Shown piece after piece: positions 10,151 through 19,414 of a DNA stretch of 64,000 nucleotides; the first letter of the stretch is position 1; the number at the start of each line of letters is the position of its first letter. This DNA comes from Salinispira sp. Lineage in GTDB: Bacteria; Spirochaetota; Spirochaetia; DSM-27196; Salinispiraceae. A program made the translations under genes and the position numbers. Under the pieces are notes generated by a model that saw only the letters and a list, made by a program, of their open reading frames with translations, searched no databases and was not told the origin of the DNA. The DNA lies in contig OZ271918.1 in NCBI GenBank assembly GCA_965602015.1, forward strand, positions 3,616,001 to 3,680,000, read 5' to 3'.

Positions 10151-10441
10151 ATGTTCGGAAATAATTCCATCCACAATCAAGGTCTTATCTATACGAATCA
10201 CGCTGTCGCAAGAATTAATCAAAGACATATCACACGAGAAGCTGTCGAATTCACCAGGAAATATGGAACGGAAATAGAAAATGATGGCGCTCACAAAGTC
10301 ATGATTGACTATGATGCCTGCTTAGCTGCAGAAGGTGATGGGGTTAATCTCTATCCATACTATGCAACGACAATTGTTGTCTCAGAGGATTATGTGCTGA
10401 AGACTGCATATTTGAAGGAGTCTGAGCTGCTGAGTTCATGA
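10151..10441 (+). CDS. DUF4258-like (RelE-fold-like) small protein
   Basis: YTNHAVARINQRHIT...IVVS...VLKTAY; AGGAGG at 10138-10143. Confidence 0.7.
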   Translation: MFGNNSIHNQGLIYTNHAVARINQRHITREAVEFTRKYGTEIENDGAHKVMIDYDACLAAEGDGVNLYPYYATTIVVSEDYVLKTAYLKESELLSS

Positions 10442-10491
10442 GATAGAAGGGAATGATTTATTAGTACGAACTCAGTACAATAGTATTCATC

Positions 10492-11085
10492 ATGACCATC
10501 CCCAAAACCCCAAAAGGCATATCCAGCAAAATCACCAAAGTTCGCTCCCAGCTCTCAGCCTTTAAACGAGAATACGGCGGTCATGATGATTCTGGCGGTG
10601 CAAGGTACTACCTTGCCTATCTCTACTTTCTGCTGGGTGATAACCGCCGCTCATCTGAATATATGAGATGGTTTCAGAAAGAATTTCCAGATGATATGGG
10701 AGAGCCATTCCAGTTATTGTGCTGGACGATGATGTTGAAACGGGCTGGGAAGGATACTGATTTCGCTTTCGGCAAAATGATGCTCTCCAACATCTATCTC
10801 ATTCCATATGTCCTGGGTGAAGAAGTCGTTCGGAAGGATATGTCACACGGCTCGAACTGGAAGGAGCCATCATACCTGGACTATCTCCCTGAGCGGATTC
10901 TAAGTGAGATTACAGATGATGAGCTGGCTTGGTTGCGTGAGAGATTTGAGGCTGAGGTATTTCAGAAGATTCTGAATCGACACATCGAGATCGAAACTGA
11001 ATTGCAGAATACTCCAGTAGGTGATAAGCGGTCAGCATTGGTTCGTGAGTTGTATTCATTGTTGGATGTATTGAACGGCACATAA
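10492..11085 (+). CDS. Hypothetical protein (TPR-like helices)
   Basis: 197-aa ORF; DDSGGARYY...WFQKEFPDD. Confidence 0.7.
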   Translation: MTIPKTPKGISSKITKVRSQLSAFKREYGGHDDSGGARYYLAYLYFLLGDNRRSSEYMRWFQKEFPDDMGEPFQLLCWTMMLKRAGKDTDFAFGKMMLSNIYLIPYVLGEEVVRKDMSHGSNWKEPSYLDYLPERILSEITDDELAWLRERFEAEVFQKILNRHIEIETELQNTPVGDKRSALVRELYSLLDVLNGT

Positions 11086-11183
11086 CGGCAATTATGTGTT
11101 TTGGAAAACAGTTGGTTATGGAGTGCCTTTCGGTGATGCGGAGTAACGTGAGTAATGATTTGTATCCATGATCTCTGCTCTTA

Positions 11184-12311
11184 TCACCGTGTGGGACGGA
11201 GAATCTGTTCTAAGTAAAGTGACTTTCCTGTTTCATTCATATTTTCTGTACAATCATCTTGAGTTATAAATAGTATTAAATTCTTTTCTGGGTAATTTTT
11301 AACACTGCTGTATATGAACCCATCCAGCAAAGGTAATTCATTTCTTAACAAAGCTATAGCTATTTGGGTGGGGACATATTCAACATTGCCTGCGGCATAA
11401 TCTATTGGCTGAGAAACCATAGATGCGAGTGAGTTCAAAAATTTACACTCTTCAATGAGGGTTGCATTTTCACCGAATAATCCTGGGATCTGAATGTCTC
11501 CGGAAAGATCTGCAATATGAAGGGGCTTTTTTGTGGTGAATAGTCCTATTGTGACGAGTTCATCTTCTTTCACAACTTCAGAAATCGCAGTCTCTTGTAG
11601 GAAGGAACCGTAAAATACCGGAATACCAGCAGGTGAAAAACGATTATTAAATTTGCAGTACTCTTTAGGTGGTGGTCCAATTGAGGATATCGAATCAACA
11701 ATTTTATTCTTTTGGTGTGACCTCGCTCGATATAATACTGTGTCCACAGGTAATTCCGAGATTCTGTTATTTTGCAATAGAATGGTTTTTATCCGTTTGA
11801 AAAGAGTTTGCGGATCGACCACCTGAGGTTCCCAGAAATTGAAATCGACATTTTTCAATAAGAAGTCATATCGGGATACATGTTTTACGTAGTCTGAAAA
11901 TTCCTGCCATGAAAGCGCAAGGGCATCGCTGTCACTGTGATAGTAATTAGTCTCTTTAAACCATTGGAGTTCTCTTGTCTCTTCAACGAAATATTCAGCG
12001 AAACCTTCCGATGATGATGGAAAATCGAATTCCATTAGAAGTTCATCAGAATTGAGTACCTGGCTCCAGCCATAATCGTCACTCGAGAATAAGAGTTCAC
12101 CTGGATCGATGTATAGTCTCCTAAGACCAACAACAATTTGATCAATTATTTTCTCAGCATCGGCTGATATGTATCTTTCAGAAGTGGCTTTGCAGAAATC
12201 ACACACATTATTTTCAAGATTGTCCTGAACGATAGCTTGAAGATCTTGATCAGTGAGGCAATCTTTACAAATCCACTTAGTCACTACTGAACTTCCTGCT
12301 TTGCATGACAA
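11184..12311 (-). CDS. RES-domain protein with Zn-ribbon/HEPN-associated N-terminal domain
   Basis: CKDC/CDFC; LYRAR...NRFSPAGIPVFYGS...AISEV...EYVPTQ...DGFIYSS. Confidence 0.9.
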   Translation of the reverse strand: MSCKAGSSVVTKWICKDCLTDQDLQAIVQDNLENNVCDFCKATSERYISADAEKIIDQIVVGLRRLYIDPGELLFSSDDYGWSQVLNSDELLMEFDFPSSSEGFAEYFVEETRELQWFKETNYYHSDSDALALSWQEFSDYVKHVSRYDFLLKNVDFNFWEPQVVDPQTLFKRIKTILLQNNRISELPVDTVLYRARSHQKNKIVDSISSIGPPPKEYCKFNNRFSPAGIPVFYGSFLQETAISEVVKEDELVTIGLFTTKKPLHIADLSGDIQIPGLFGENATLIEECKFLNSLASMVSQPIDYAAGNVEYVPTQIAIALLRNELPLLDGFIYSSVKNYPEKNLILFITQDDCTENMNETGKSLYLEQILRPTR

Positions 12312-12379
12312 ATTCTCTCTTTATTACTCTGAGCATTTATTGGCATGCTGCATCTGATTTCCAATTATCCAATTTCGAA

Positions 12380-12766
12380 TTACTGTACTGCTTCAATCCT
12401 ACCTGAAACAGGTAGTCGGAATGACCTATTTTTCCGATATGACTTTTTAATATCCGGCCAGCGTTTTATAAATTTCCATGCAAGTTCCCATAATGGTTGG
12501 TTATTCCAAGACTTTTGCATGAAAAATACAGACAACTTTGTTTCATACCAAAGTTTTTGCTCTGCTGGGTTTCTTAATATTTTACGATCCTTAGTGATCA
12601 TGAAACAATCATCAAGTTTTGAAAGTGTTTGTATCCATTCTGTATCTGGTGTTCCCTTCGGGAACATATCTAAGATATGCCTCACCTCAATTCCGTTAGG
12701 TCCTTCGAGCTCGGTAAGAACCCGTGCGAATTTTTTAGGTAGGTTTTCATCAAGGACGCAAATCAT
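12380..12766 (-). CDS. PIN-like toxin (VapC45-like)
   Basis: LDENLP, DTEWI, ITKDRKI; ATGA overlap with the upstream gene. Confidence 0.85.
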   Translation of the reverse strand: MICVLDENLPKKFARVLTELEGPNGIEVRHILDMFPKGTPDTEWIQTLSKLDDCFMITKDRKILRNPAEQKLWYETKLSVFFMQKSWNNQPLWELAWKFIKRWPDIKKSYRKNRSFRLPVSGRIEAVQ

Positions 12767-13440
12767 GCAGCCAGTTTTTCTTCGAAATCAATTGCAAGTT
12801 TTATACTCTGAGCGCTGATTTCATACCAGTTAACGATATCCTCTATTGAGTGTCCAGACTTATAGAGGTCATAGATGACATCTGTGGACATGTTGGCTTC
12901 ATCGACAATAGGTCGACCAAAATGCCTATTGGGATCGATCACTATTCCTCCGCTTTTACCACGAGGCCACCAACGCTGTGCAATATCAAATGAATTGAAA
13001 TCCAATGTTTCAGATAGCGTAGGTAGTACAATATCAACAATTTGAAATTGTTCCTTGATAAGGTCCAGGAGATCAGATTCACCTGTGCTATTCGCCAGTT
13101 CAGCAAATATAGCCTTCCCATCTGTATATAGTTTTTTCATTGCGAATGGGTGATCTGCACCAAGGATCCTACTCGCGCCATTGATTGCTTTGCGTATGGT
13201 TTGAATGCTCACGCCTTCATCATTGAAAGCTTTGATAAAGAGTACCTCAATGAGGTCAATGAAGCTGAGAGCGTGTAGATTCTTGTCATCAGAATATGAA
13301 TTATTGAATACGGGCGGAACTATTTGTTCTGTTTCTTTTCGTGAATAACCTTCGGTCCAGCGACGGATTTTTCCGACACTGATTCCGGCTAAATGAGATG
13401 CTTCTCTGTATGTATAAACACCATTTCCAATTAACGTCAT
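12763..13440 (-). CDS. DUF433 antitoxin (VapB45-like) with N-terminal HTH
   Basis: YTYREAS HTH, LSFIDLIE, IDPNRHFGRPIV DUF433 motif; ends KLAA. Confidence 0.85.
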   Translation of the reverse strand: MTLIGNGVYTYREASHLAGISVGKIRRWTEGYSRKETEQIVPPVFNNSYSDDKNLHALSFIDLIEVLFIKAFNDEGVSIQTIRKAINGASRILGADHPFAMKKLYTDGKAIFAELANSTGESDLLDLIKEQFQIVDIVLPTLSETLDFNSFDIAQRWWPRGKSGGIVIDPNRHFGRPIVDEANMSTDVIYDLYKSGHSIEDIVNWYEISAQSIKLAIDFEEKLAA

Positions 13441-13624
13441 GGTAATTACCTCGGTGACTTTTTGCTCTGTGTTGATCTAAAAATTATACACACATTAGAG
13501 TGAATCGTATATCTGATTAAGCAGGAACCATAATGGGTATTATGTGTCACAGGGGACTCAAGTTATGAAGTAGAAAAAGGTGCTTTTCTGCCTACAATCC
13601 TGCCATTTTGATACACTGAAATTT

Positions 13625-14239
13625 ATGAGTTGGATCATTGAACAAGCTGGAAAGCAAGATGAGAGGAAGAGCAGAATCATTCTTGAGAATCCTTTATTGG
13701 TTGAGCGGTTGGATAGCGTATTAGCAGATGAATACTATCCATCTATCAGAAATGAAATGGAGGATGTTCTCTATCCCTTTGAACCAGATGGAAGTGAGCT
13801 CCACCTTGAGTCTTCTTTTTTCACCCCTACTGAACTTGGAAGAACACTGACATTTATGCTCTTTGATGAGAGAGGATTTCTCTTCTTTCGTGGACGTTTA
13901 ACCGTAGGTGCATCCGGTTTTATGCTCAACCGTACATTTTTTCTCGACCTTCCACAGGATACAAAACCAGCGCATCTCTTCCGCATTTTAAAGGATGAAC
14001 GCTTTTCTGCCATGCCACCGACATTAGAAATACAGAATAATCAATTCATTATTTCTTTCGAGGCTGGTGATGGTTTTGAGTTTTCTGGCTGGTCACTGAA
14101 TGAAATGGCAAAGACCAATATCTCATCAGTTATCCAGGATAATGTTGCCATGTACGAGAACAGCATTGATGGATTTTCAAGCATGGATGATGTTAAGCGG
14201 TTCTTGAAGGTTGCGTTTCGGTCTTATGGCGCAGAGTAG
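13625..14239 (+). CDS. Hypothetical protein
   Basis: Long ORF followed by a terminator; ATG 13625 preferred. Confidence 0.65.
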   Translation: MSWIIEQAGKQDERKSRIILENPLLVERLDSVLADEYYPSIRNEMEDVLYPFEPDGSELHLESSFFTPTELGRTLTFMLFDERGFLFFRGRLTVGASGFMLNRTFFLDLPQDTKPAHLFRILKDERFSAMPPTLEIQNNQFIISFEAGDGFEFSGWSLNEMAKTNISSVIQDNVAMYENSIDGFSSMDDVKRFLKVAFRSYGAE

Positions 14240-14251
14240 TGAACTGGATAT

Positions 14252-14281
14252 AAAAAAAGAGTTCGCGTTTGCGAACTCTTG
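14252..14281. terminator. Intrinsic terminator between convergent genes
   Basis: A-tract + AAGAGTTCGC-GTTT-GCGAACTCTT. Confidence 0.75.
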
Positions 14282-14323
14282 ATGACTGAATAATAACAGA
14301 TTTAGATTTTCTTGTCAAATGCC

Positions 14324-14524
14324 TTAATCATCTTCAACCTTAAATCCAAAATCACCCCATTGGATTTCTCCCTCATCAATGTCCCACGTCTCATCAATTC
14401 CTTCACAATCATTGATAAGCTGTTCAGCGATTTCTTTCGCCTCAGCTTCTGACTCAGCTTCAATTTCAAAAACCTTTGAGTAGGTTTTTACTACACCAAA
14501 ATACGCATTTACATTGTACTTCAT
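14324..14524 (-). CDS. Small acidic protein, DpnD/PcfM-like
   Basis: MKYNV...KVFEIEAESEAEAKEIA pattern; AAGGAG RBS. Confidence 0.65.
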   Translation of the reverse strand: MKYNVNAYFGVVKTYSKVFEIEAESEAEAKEIAEQLINDCEGIDETWDIDEGEIQWGDFGFKVEDD

Positions 14525-14599
14525 CGTTAATACTCCTTATTCCTGGTTCGATTTCAGATCACATTGCGGAGCCCCCCGAGGGGCTCCCACAAATCACTT

Positions 14600-15043
14600 C
14601 TATGCGGCTACACGTTGAATCCTTTTAATAATCGAAGAAGGACCGACTGTTATATCGATTCCAGTGTCAACTCCTCGCAATGTTATGCAATCATCACCAC
14701 GGGTCTTGGCAATCAGAAACTGATTGACTATGTTCTCGTTTGTATAGTCACCACAAGGTGAATGAAAGTCCTTGCTTCTAATGCCATGCACCTGTTCAAA
14801 CCAAAGCTGCATGGCTTTCGATTTGACTTTCTTCATCTCTTCAATGAGAGTTGCTCTGGTTGCATAAGAGACTATGAGTGTTTCGCACGTATTACTAAGA
14901 ACGGTATAGTCTTCATAGGGAAGGTCTTTCCCAGTCCAATTAGTCAAACTCGCTATAGGCTCATTCTCCTGTCTTCTCCCTTTCAGTGATTCCCGATACG
15001 CCTTCTCTTTCAAAGGATTTCCGTACTTGCGCTTCTTACCCAT
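14600..15043 (-). CDS. Hypothetical protein ending -RVAA
   Basis: GAGGTG RBS; downstream hairpin 14568-14587. Confidence 0.75.
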   Translation of the reverse strand: MGKKRKYGNPLKEKAYRESLKGRRQENEPIASLTNWTGKDLPYEDYTVLSNTCETLIVSYATRATLIEEMKKVKSKAMQLWFEQVHGIRSKDFHSPCGDYTNENIVNQFLIAKTRGDDCITLRGVDTGIDITVGPSSIIKRIQRVAA

Positions 15044-15205
15044 ACAAACACCTCACTATAAGTTTTGTATTCATATATGCACCGGAAGGCACACATTTTT
15101 GAAATTCATAAGGAAACTTATGAAATACATACCACCGACTTATTGTTTTCGTTCAGAAATAACTTGGATGACCCCGGCAGCGGGTAATTGCGAGATTCTT
15201 CATGA

Positions 15206-15430
15206 TTACGCAGCCACCTGACTGGTAGCAGGATCATCGGGATCAAAATCCCAGCTGTAGCTGGGGAAGGGGATGATGTCGATTTCTGCATCCATCTCGG
15301 CTTCAACTAAATGAAGATCATCGAGGAATGCAGAGCTGTACTCTTTTTCAAGCCAGGGGGCAGAGGCATACTCGGCTGCCAGAATGGCTTCGAGTTCCTT
15401 GTTGGTGATTCCATGGGTAATCAGGGTCAT
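15206..15430 (-). CDS. Small acidic hypothetical protein ending -QVAA
   Basis: GAGGAGG RBS; very acidic 74 aa. Confidence 0.7.
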   Translation of the reverse strand: MTLITHGITNKELEAILAAEYASAPWLEKEYSSAFLDDLHLVEAEMDAEIDIIPFPSYSWDFDPDDPATSQVAA

Positions 15431-15469
15431 ATCGTCCTCCTCTACAGACGTCCGTTTGTTGGTTCCGCT

Positions 15470-15648
15470 TATATGAACGAAATATAGAAACCGGAAACAT
15501 TGCCGGTTTTTTTCGCTTGAAGCAGGTCAGCAAGCGATTCTTGCTGACGGTTATATGGACGAAAATTCTGGAGGCTTTTTGGGAAGAAATTCAGAAATGT
15601 TTCTGAATTATTCTCCTCACTTCCATCCATACGCTTATATGAACGAAG
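15470..15648 (-). promoter_or_regulatory. Three copies of the TTTCGTTCATATA motif
   Basis: Plus-strand TATATGAACGAAA 15470-15482, TATATGGACGAAA 15552-15564, TATATGAACGAAG 15636-15648. Confidence 0.75.
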
Positions 15649-15673
15649 GCAAGGAGTGGTATGTAAAAAGAAA

Positions 15674-16582
15674 CTACAAGATTTGTGTATCTTCGGGGGT
15701 CAAAGATGCATGGGAATACACATCCAAGGTTGTCTTTACCGACGCATGTCCCAGATATTTGCTAACTGCTTTGATGTCCTTCTTCTGGTGGACGATGGAT
15801 TCTGTTGCAAACCAGTGTCTGAGCTGGTGGTTGCCGACTCCCTCACGGTGAGCATAGCGGGAGAACGCCTTTCTCACTTGGCGGTAGAGGTTGGTCCGGC
15901 TGAGTTTTTCTCCAGACTTGGACGCAAAGAGGTAAATGGAATCTGAGTCGAAAGTATTCTTAACCTCCTGATAGAGGTCATAGGAGAGAAACACAAACCT
16001 GATTTTTCCCCCTTTCCCAGTTAATTTGATGCGGAGGAAATTGGAATCGAACGCTTCAATGTCAGATTTTTTAATCGACAGCATTTCACTGACCCTCATT
16101 CCGGTTTGAGCCATTACCTTAACCGGGATAGCGGTACGTGGTCGGGCATTGGCACAGACAGCTTCAACATCATGGCGGGTGATGACATCCTTAACATGAG
16201 TGGGGACGGGTTTATAGATCCGGGTTGTGGCGGAGAGTGTTTGAACTGGATTTGCTTGAAGTACGCCGAGCCGTATGAGGATGCTTATCACCTTGCTCAA
16301 AGATGCCAGCTTTCGGTTGATAGAGCTCGGGGCGTACTGCCTCTGCTCCAGGAATGAGATGTATCTGAGCACATCATCTTCTGTCATCTGCTCAAAGTTC
16401 TTGTGACTGAATGAGTACCAGGTGTTCATATCGGCTTTATAACTTCGAACCGTTGCTGGTGACGAAGTAGACAAATAGCGCTCTACGGCAAGAGAGATAT
16501 CGTCTTCTCTATTTATATAGGATGGTTTTGCTGGAGTCTTATCTTCATGCTCTTCGGGGAGTGGGATTACATACTGGCTCAT
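15674..16582 (-). CDS. Tyrosine recombinase (XerC/D-like, with SAM-like N-domain)
   Basis: TGMRVSE, GKGGK, HQLRH, LGHASVKTTLDVY. Confidence 0.95.
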   Translation of the reverse strand: MSQYVIPLPEEHEDKTPAKPSYINREDDISLAVERYLSTSSPATVRSYKADMNTWYSFSHKNFEQMTEDDVLRYISFLEQRQYAPSSINRKLASLSKVISILIRLGVLQANPVQTLSATTRIYKPVPTHVKDVITRHDVEAVCANARPRTAIPVKVMAQTGMRVSEMLSIKKSDIEAFDSNFLRIKLTGKGGKIRFVFLSYDLYQEVKNTFDSDSIYLFASKSGEKLSRTNLYRQVRKAFSRYAHREGVGNHQLRHWFATESIVHQKKDIKAVSKYLGHASVKTTLDVYSHASLTPEDTQIL

Positions 16583-16622
16583 AACGCCTCCTTCTTATGT
16601 AGTAGAATTCTACCAAGCGTGA

Positions 16623-17195
16623 TTAATCCTCCAAAATCAACAGGTATTTTGCGGACTCCGCGACAAAAACTTGAAACGCTGTTTTTCCGTCTGGTTCATA
16701 CCAGAGGTGATAGAGATATGAGGCTGCGTCTTGTAAAGGGGACATGTCATCACTGGATTCATCCTCGATGATTGTGACCCCCTCAGCGGTAAAAACTTTG
16801 AGCATATTGCAGCTCTTGAATCGGGTCCCGCTATCTATCAAGTAAAAGAAATAGATGCCAACTGAAGCCTCGAATTTTCTAACCTCTTCTTTTATCTGCT
16901 CTTCCAGCCAAGGCATCTCAGCAATCTTAATCGGGGATTCTGTCTCGATGTCGATACGGATCAGGTTATATCGGTCTTTCACGATAATTTCACTCATGTC
17001 TTCACCATCTGGATTGCGTTTCTCGACCTCCTCAAAGAGGTGTGCCAACAATGCATCGTGTTGTCCTCTGACACCGACAATCTTGACACTTTCTGGGGTT
17101 CTGAATGAGAGCATATTTTCAGCAAGTTCATAATAGAAATCAGACCGGTAGTATTTAGAGACAATCATGATGGGTATGTAGATAACTTGTGTCAT
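16623..17195 (-). CDS. Hypothetical protein
   Basis: ATGA-coupled to upstream ORF. Confidence 0.7.
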   Translation of the reverse strand: MTQVIYIPIMIVSKYYRSDFYYELAENMLSFRTPESVKIVGVRGQHDALLAHLFEEVEKRNPDGEDMSEIIVKDRYNLIRIDIETESPIKIAEMPWLEEQIKEEVRKFEASVGIYFFYLIDSGTRFKSCNMLKVFTAEGVTIIEDESSDDMSPLQDAASYLYHLWYEPDGKTAFQVFVAESAKYLLILED

Positions 17196-17752
17196 ATAGC
17201 CCTCCCGGTGAGCATCCACTTTGCCACTTCAACCGTGTAGGATTCAGGAACATTCCCTGTTTCAAGGTATGACTCCAACAGGGTTGTATAATCCTGCAGA
17301 TGCTCGTAGGTGTAATTTTCAGTATCAGTATTGGTATTGAAGGTATGCATTTTGGCGAATTGCCGGATGCCGGATTCAGTGACGTAGTATTGAAGGCTGG
17401 CTATAAAGGAGAACTCCTCATGCAGGAGCTGAAAGATGAACTCAACATCAGGGAGAATCTGTTTTGACAAATCCCACTCAGATTCAATCTCAAGATGATA
17501 ATAGCCAGTTTCTAAATCAGCCCCCTTCTGCTTGAAATCACCCAGGGATTCAATCTGGTCTCCCAGGATGCGGGTGATAAAGCCAGTGACAACACTGTCA
17601 GTTTGATATGAGATTGATTTCAGCGTGCGTCCGGGCAGGAAATGATCTTTGGCACATGCCGCATACTCTGATATCACGAACTCATGAAAATGACTCTCAT
17701 CTCCGTGCTTTTGAATCGTGGTACATGTAGGGATATAAATGTTTGAAATCAT
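17192..17752 (-). CDS. Hypothetical protein
   Basis: ATGA-coupled on both sides. Confidence 0.7.
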   Translation of the reverse strand: MISNIYIPTCTTIQKHGDESHFHEFVISEYAACAKDHFLPGRTLKSISYQTDSVVTGFITRILGDQIESLGDFKQKGADLETGYYHLEIESEWDLSKQILPDVEFIFQLLHEEFSFIASLQYYVTESGIRQFAKMHTFNTNTDTENYTYEHLQDYTTLLESYLETGNVPESYTVEVAKWMLTGRAI

Positions 17753-18294
17753 AGCCGTACCACCTTTCCGGTAACCAGTGCCATCTTTGAAATATGAGCT
17801 ATATCGGATTCAGTATAAGGCGCAAGGTAGAAATGCCGGAAGAATAGATGAGGCTGCCCAGAAATAAGCCCATCCATGTTCAGATGGTCATCATCAGATA
17901 CTTTGCTTTTATAGAGGTTCCTGGACACCTGGTGGAATATTATCTCACCTCCATCCTGTACCAAATAGAAACAAGTCGCATGGATTGGTTCCTCACATTC
18001 TGAAACGCTACTGAGGAATATTTCATCAATGATGGGATTCACATGGAGCGGATTGTGCTGATATCTCAGCTGGAAGATGTGGGTACTGCATGATTTGCGG
18101 ACTAAATCTGACAGATCATGCATCTCAAAGAGGTAGGCAATGGAGACCGATGTCAGGTCACTTACTGCTTTTCTGATATAGGTAAAGCCAATCTCCTCTT
18201 TGTATTTTTTAAGACTGATATAGAATCTATTTCCCAGCTGATTACGGGGATGAGCGGTTCCTGCAAATGTGATGATGAACTGGTGATAGTGCAT
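17749..18294 (-). CDS. Hypothetical protein
   Basis: First of three coupled ORFs; ATG 18294 avoids overlap with the upstream gene. Confidence 0.65.
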   Translation of the reverse strand: MHYHQFIITFAGTAHPRNQLGNRFYISLKKYKEEIGFTYIRKAVSDLTSVSIAYLFEMHDLSDLVRKSCSTHIFQLRYQHNPLHVNPIIDEIFLSSVSECEEPIHATCFYLVQDGGEIIFHQVSRNLYKSKVSDDDHLNMDGLISGQPHLFFRHFYLAPYTESDIAHISKMALVTGKVVRL

Positions 18295-18335
18295 AATGCT
18301 TATCTTATGCGGTATGAGCAAAAACGTGCTGTTTC

Positions 18336-18695
18336 TCAGTCTTCTTCCGGTAACATTATTGTCAGGACAGGCGCCGGTGTATCCCCTGGACAAATGACAG
18401 CCTTTATCTTGGCCCGTTCTAATTTATCTTCTTCAACCTGGAAGAAGACCTCAAAGATGATTGTATCAGATTCGCTGCCCTTGGCTTCCAACCTGAGGAT
18501 GGTAAGCAGGTCCCATAATCTCCCGGTTTCATCTTGTCCAGGGATATCGCATGCAATCCATTGCTGGTAAAGATTGCTTGTGATAGCCACAGGTATTTTG
18601 AACCCGGCTTCTTGAGCAAGGGCAGATACATCAATGAGAACACCGTCCTCGATCGCTTGGGCCCTTGTATATGAATAGATAATATCCCAGTCCAT
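18336..18695 (-). CDS. DUF6573-like protein (common on plasmids/ICEs)
   Basis: YSYTRAQAIEDGVLIDVS, GQDETGRLWD, TIMLPEED. Confidence 0.8.
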   Translation of the reverse strand: MDWDIIYSYTRAQAIEDGVLIDVSALAQEAGFKIPVAITSNLYQQWIACDIPGQDETGRLWDLLTILRLEAKGSESDTIIFEVFFQVEEDKLERAKIKAVICPGDTPAPVLTIMLPEED

Positions 18696-19414
18696 TACTT
18701 TACCTTCCTTGGTTCCAGGTCTTTGAGATACCATTTCTCTACCGCCTTGATGACAGCCGTACGGATAGCATCATTTTCAGAATTGAAGGTGAGGATAAGA
18801 GTGTTGCCAACCTTCAAATCATTGCCTTCCAACTTTACAGAAGTCTGTTTGGGTTTAGGCTTTGCCTTCTTCTCAGGTTTCTGTAGCAAAGTCTCAGCAG
18901 TGATATTCTCTCCAGCAAGTAGCTGGTCTATGACATCATATTTAGAATCATCCTTCCGGGCTGAGAGAATGATGAGCTTCTTAATACCAATCTCTTCAAT
19001 GGAGGAAGTAATCTCCTCCATGAATTTGCCAATGTCATCAGTCTGATTTCCTTTGTGGATGAAATACTGGTTGAGTAGCTCGACTGAATTTATTATTCCA
19101 TACGCATGAGTTCGAGAAATCCCCAAGTCCTTGATGTACCTGCTGAAACTATCTTCACGCGAGTAGAAGCCAGTCCAGTTCTGATATATAAAAAAGAGGT
19201 CGAGCATAGCTCCAGTTGAAGCCCGGTCGATATCTGAAAACCGACGCTGAACCCTTTTTGATATTGCATCGAGAGCAATGGGCTCGCCTGTTTTCAAATC
19301 GAAGTAATCTTTATATAGCCTACTCTTCTGAGGGGTTGAATTCGGAAGATTTTCCACATTCACACTTTTCTTCTGAACAGCCTTGAGAGCTGCATCTTTC
19401 AATCCATCAGTCAT
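18695..19414 (-). CDS. ParA-partner DNA-binding protein (non-canonical, HTH)
   Basis: Overlaps parA 3' end; SFSRYIKDLGISRTHAYGII HTH-like; no GxxRxxA ParB CTPase motif seen. Confidence 0.6.
   Translation of the reverse strand: MTDGLKDAALKAVQKKSVNVENLPNSTPQKSRLYKDYFDLKTGEPIALDAISKRVQRRFSDIDRASTGAMLDLFFIYQNWTGFYSREDSFSRYIKDLGISRTHAYGIINSVELLNQYFIHKGNQTDDIGKFMEEITSSIEEIGIKKLIILSARKDDSKYDVIDQLLAGENITAETLLQKPEKKAKPKPKQTSVKLEGNDLKVGNTLILTFNSENDAIRTAVIKAVEKWYLKDLEPRKVK

Noticed and set aside
15470..15648. Motif triplet as a mini-CRISPR
   Set aside because: Repeat is only ~13-16 bp, degenerate, and recurs singly before genes elsewhere
15674..16582. Integron integrase with attC cassettes
   Set aside because: No IntI-specific insertion evident and no RYYYAAC/GTTRRRY-bounded attC structures recognised
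18668..18678. TATATGAATAG as another motif copy
   Set aside because: Inside a CDS and lacks the CG core; weak variants at ~15074, ~15147, ~30385 and ~30932 were also left uncounted
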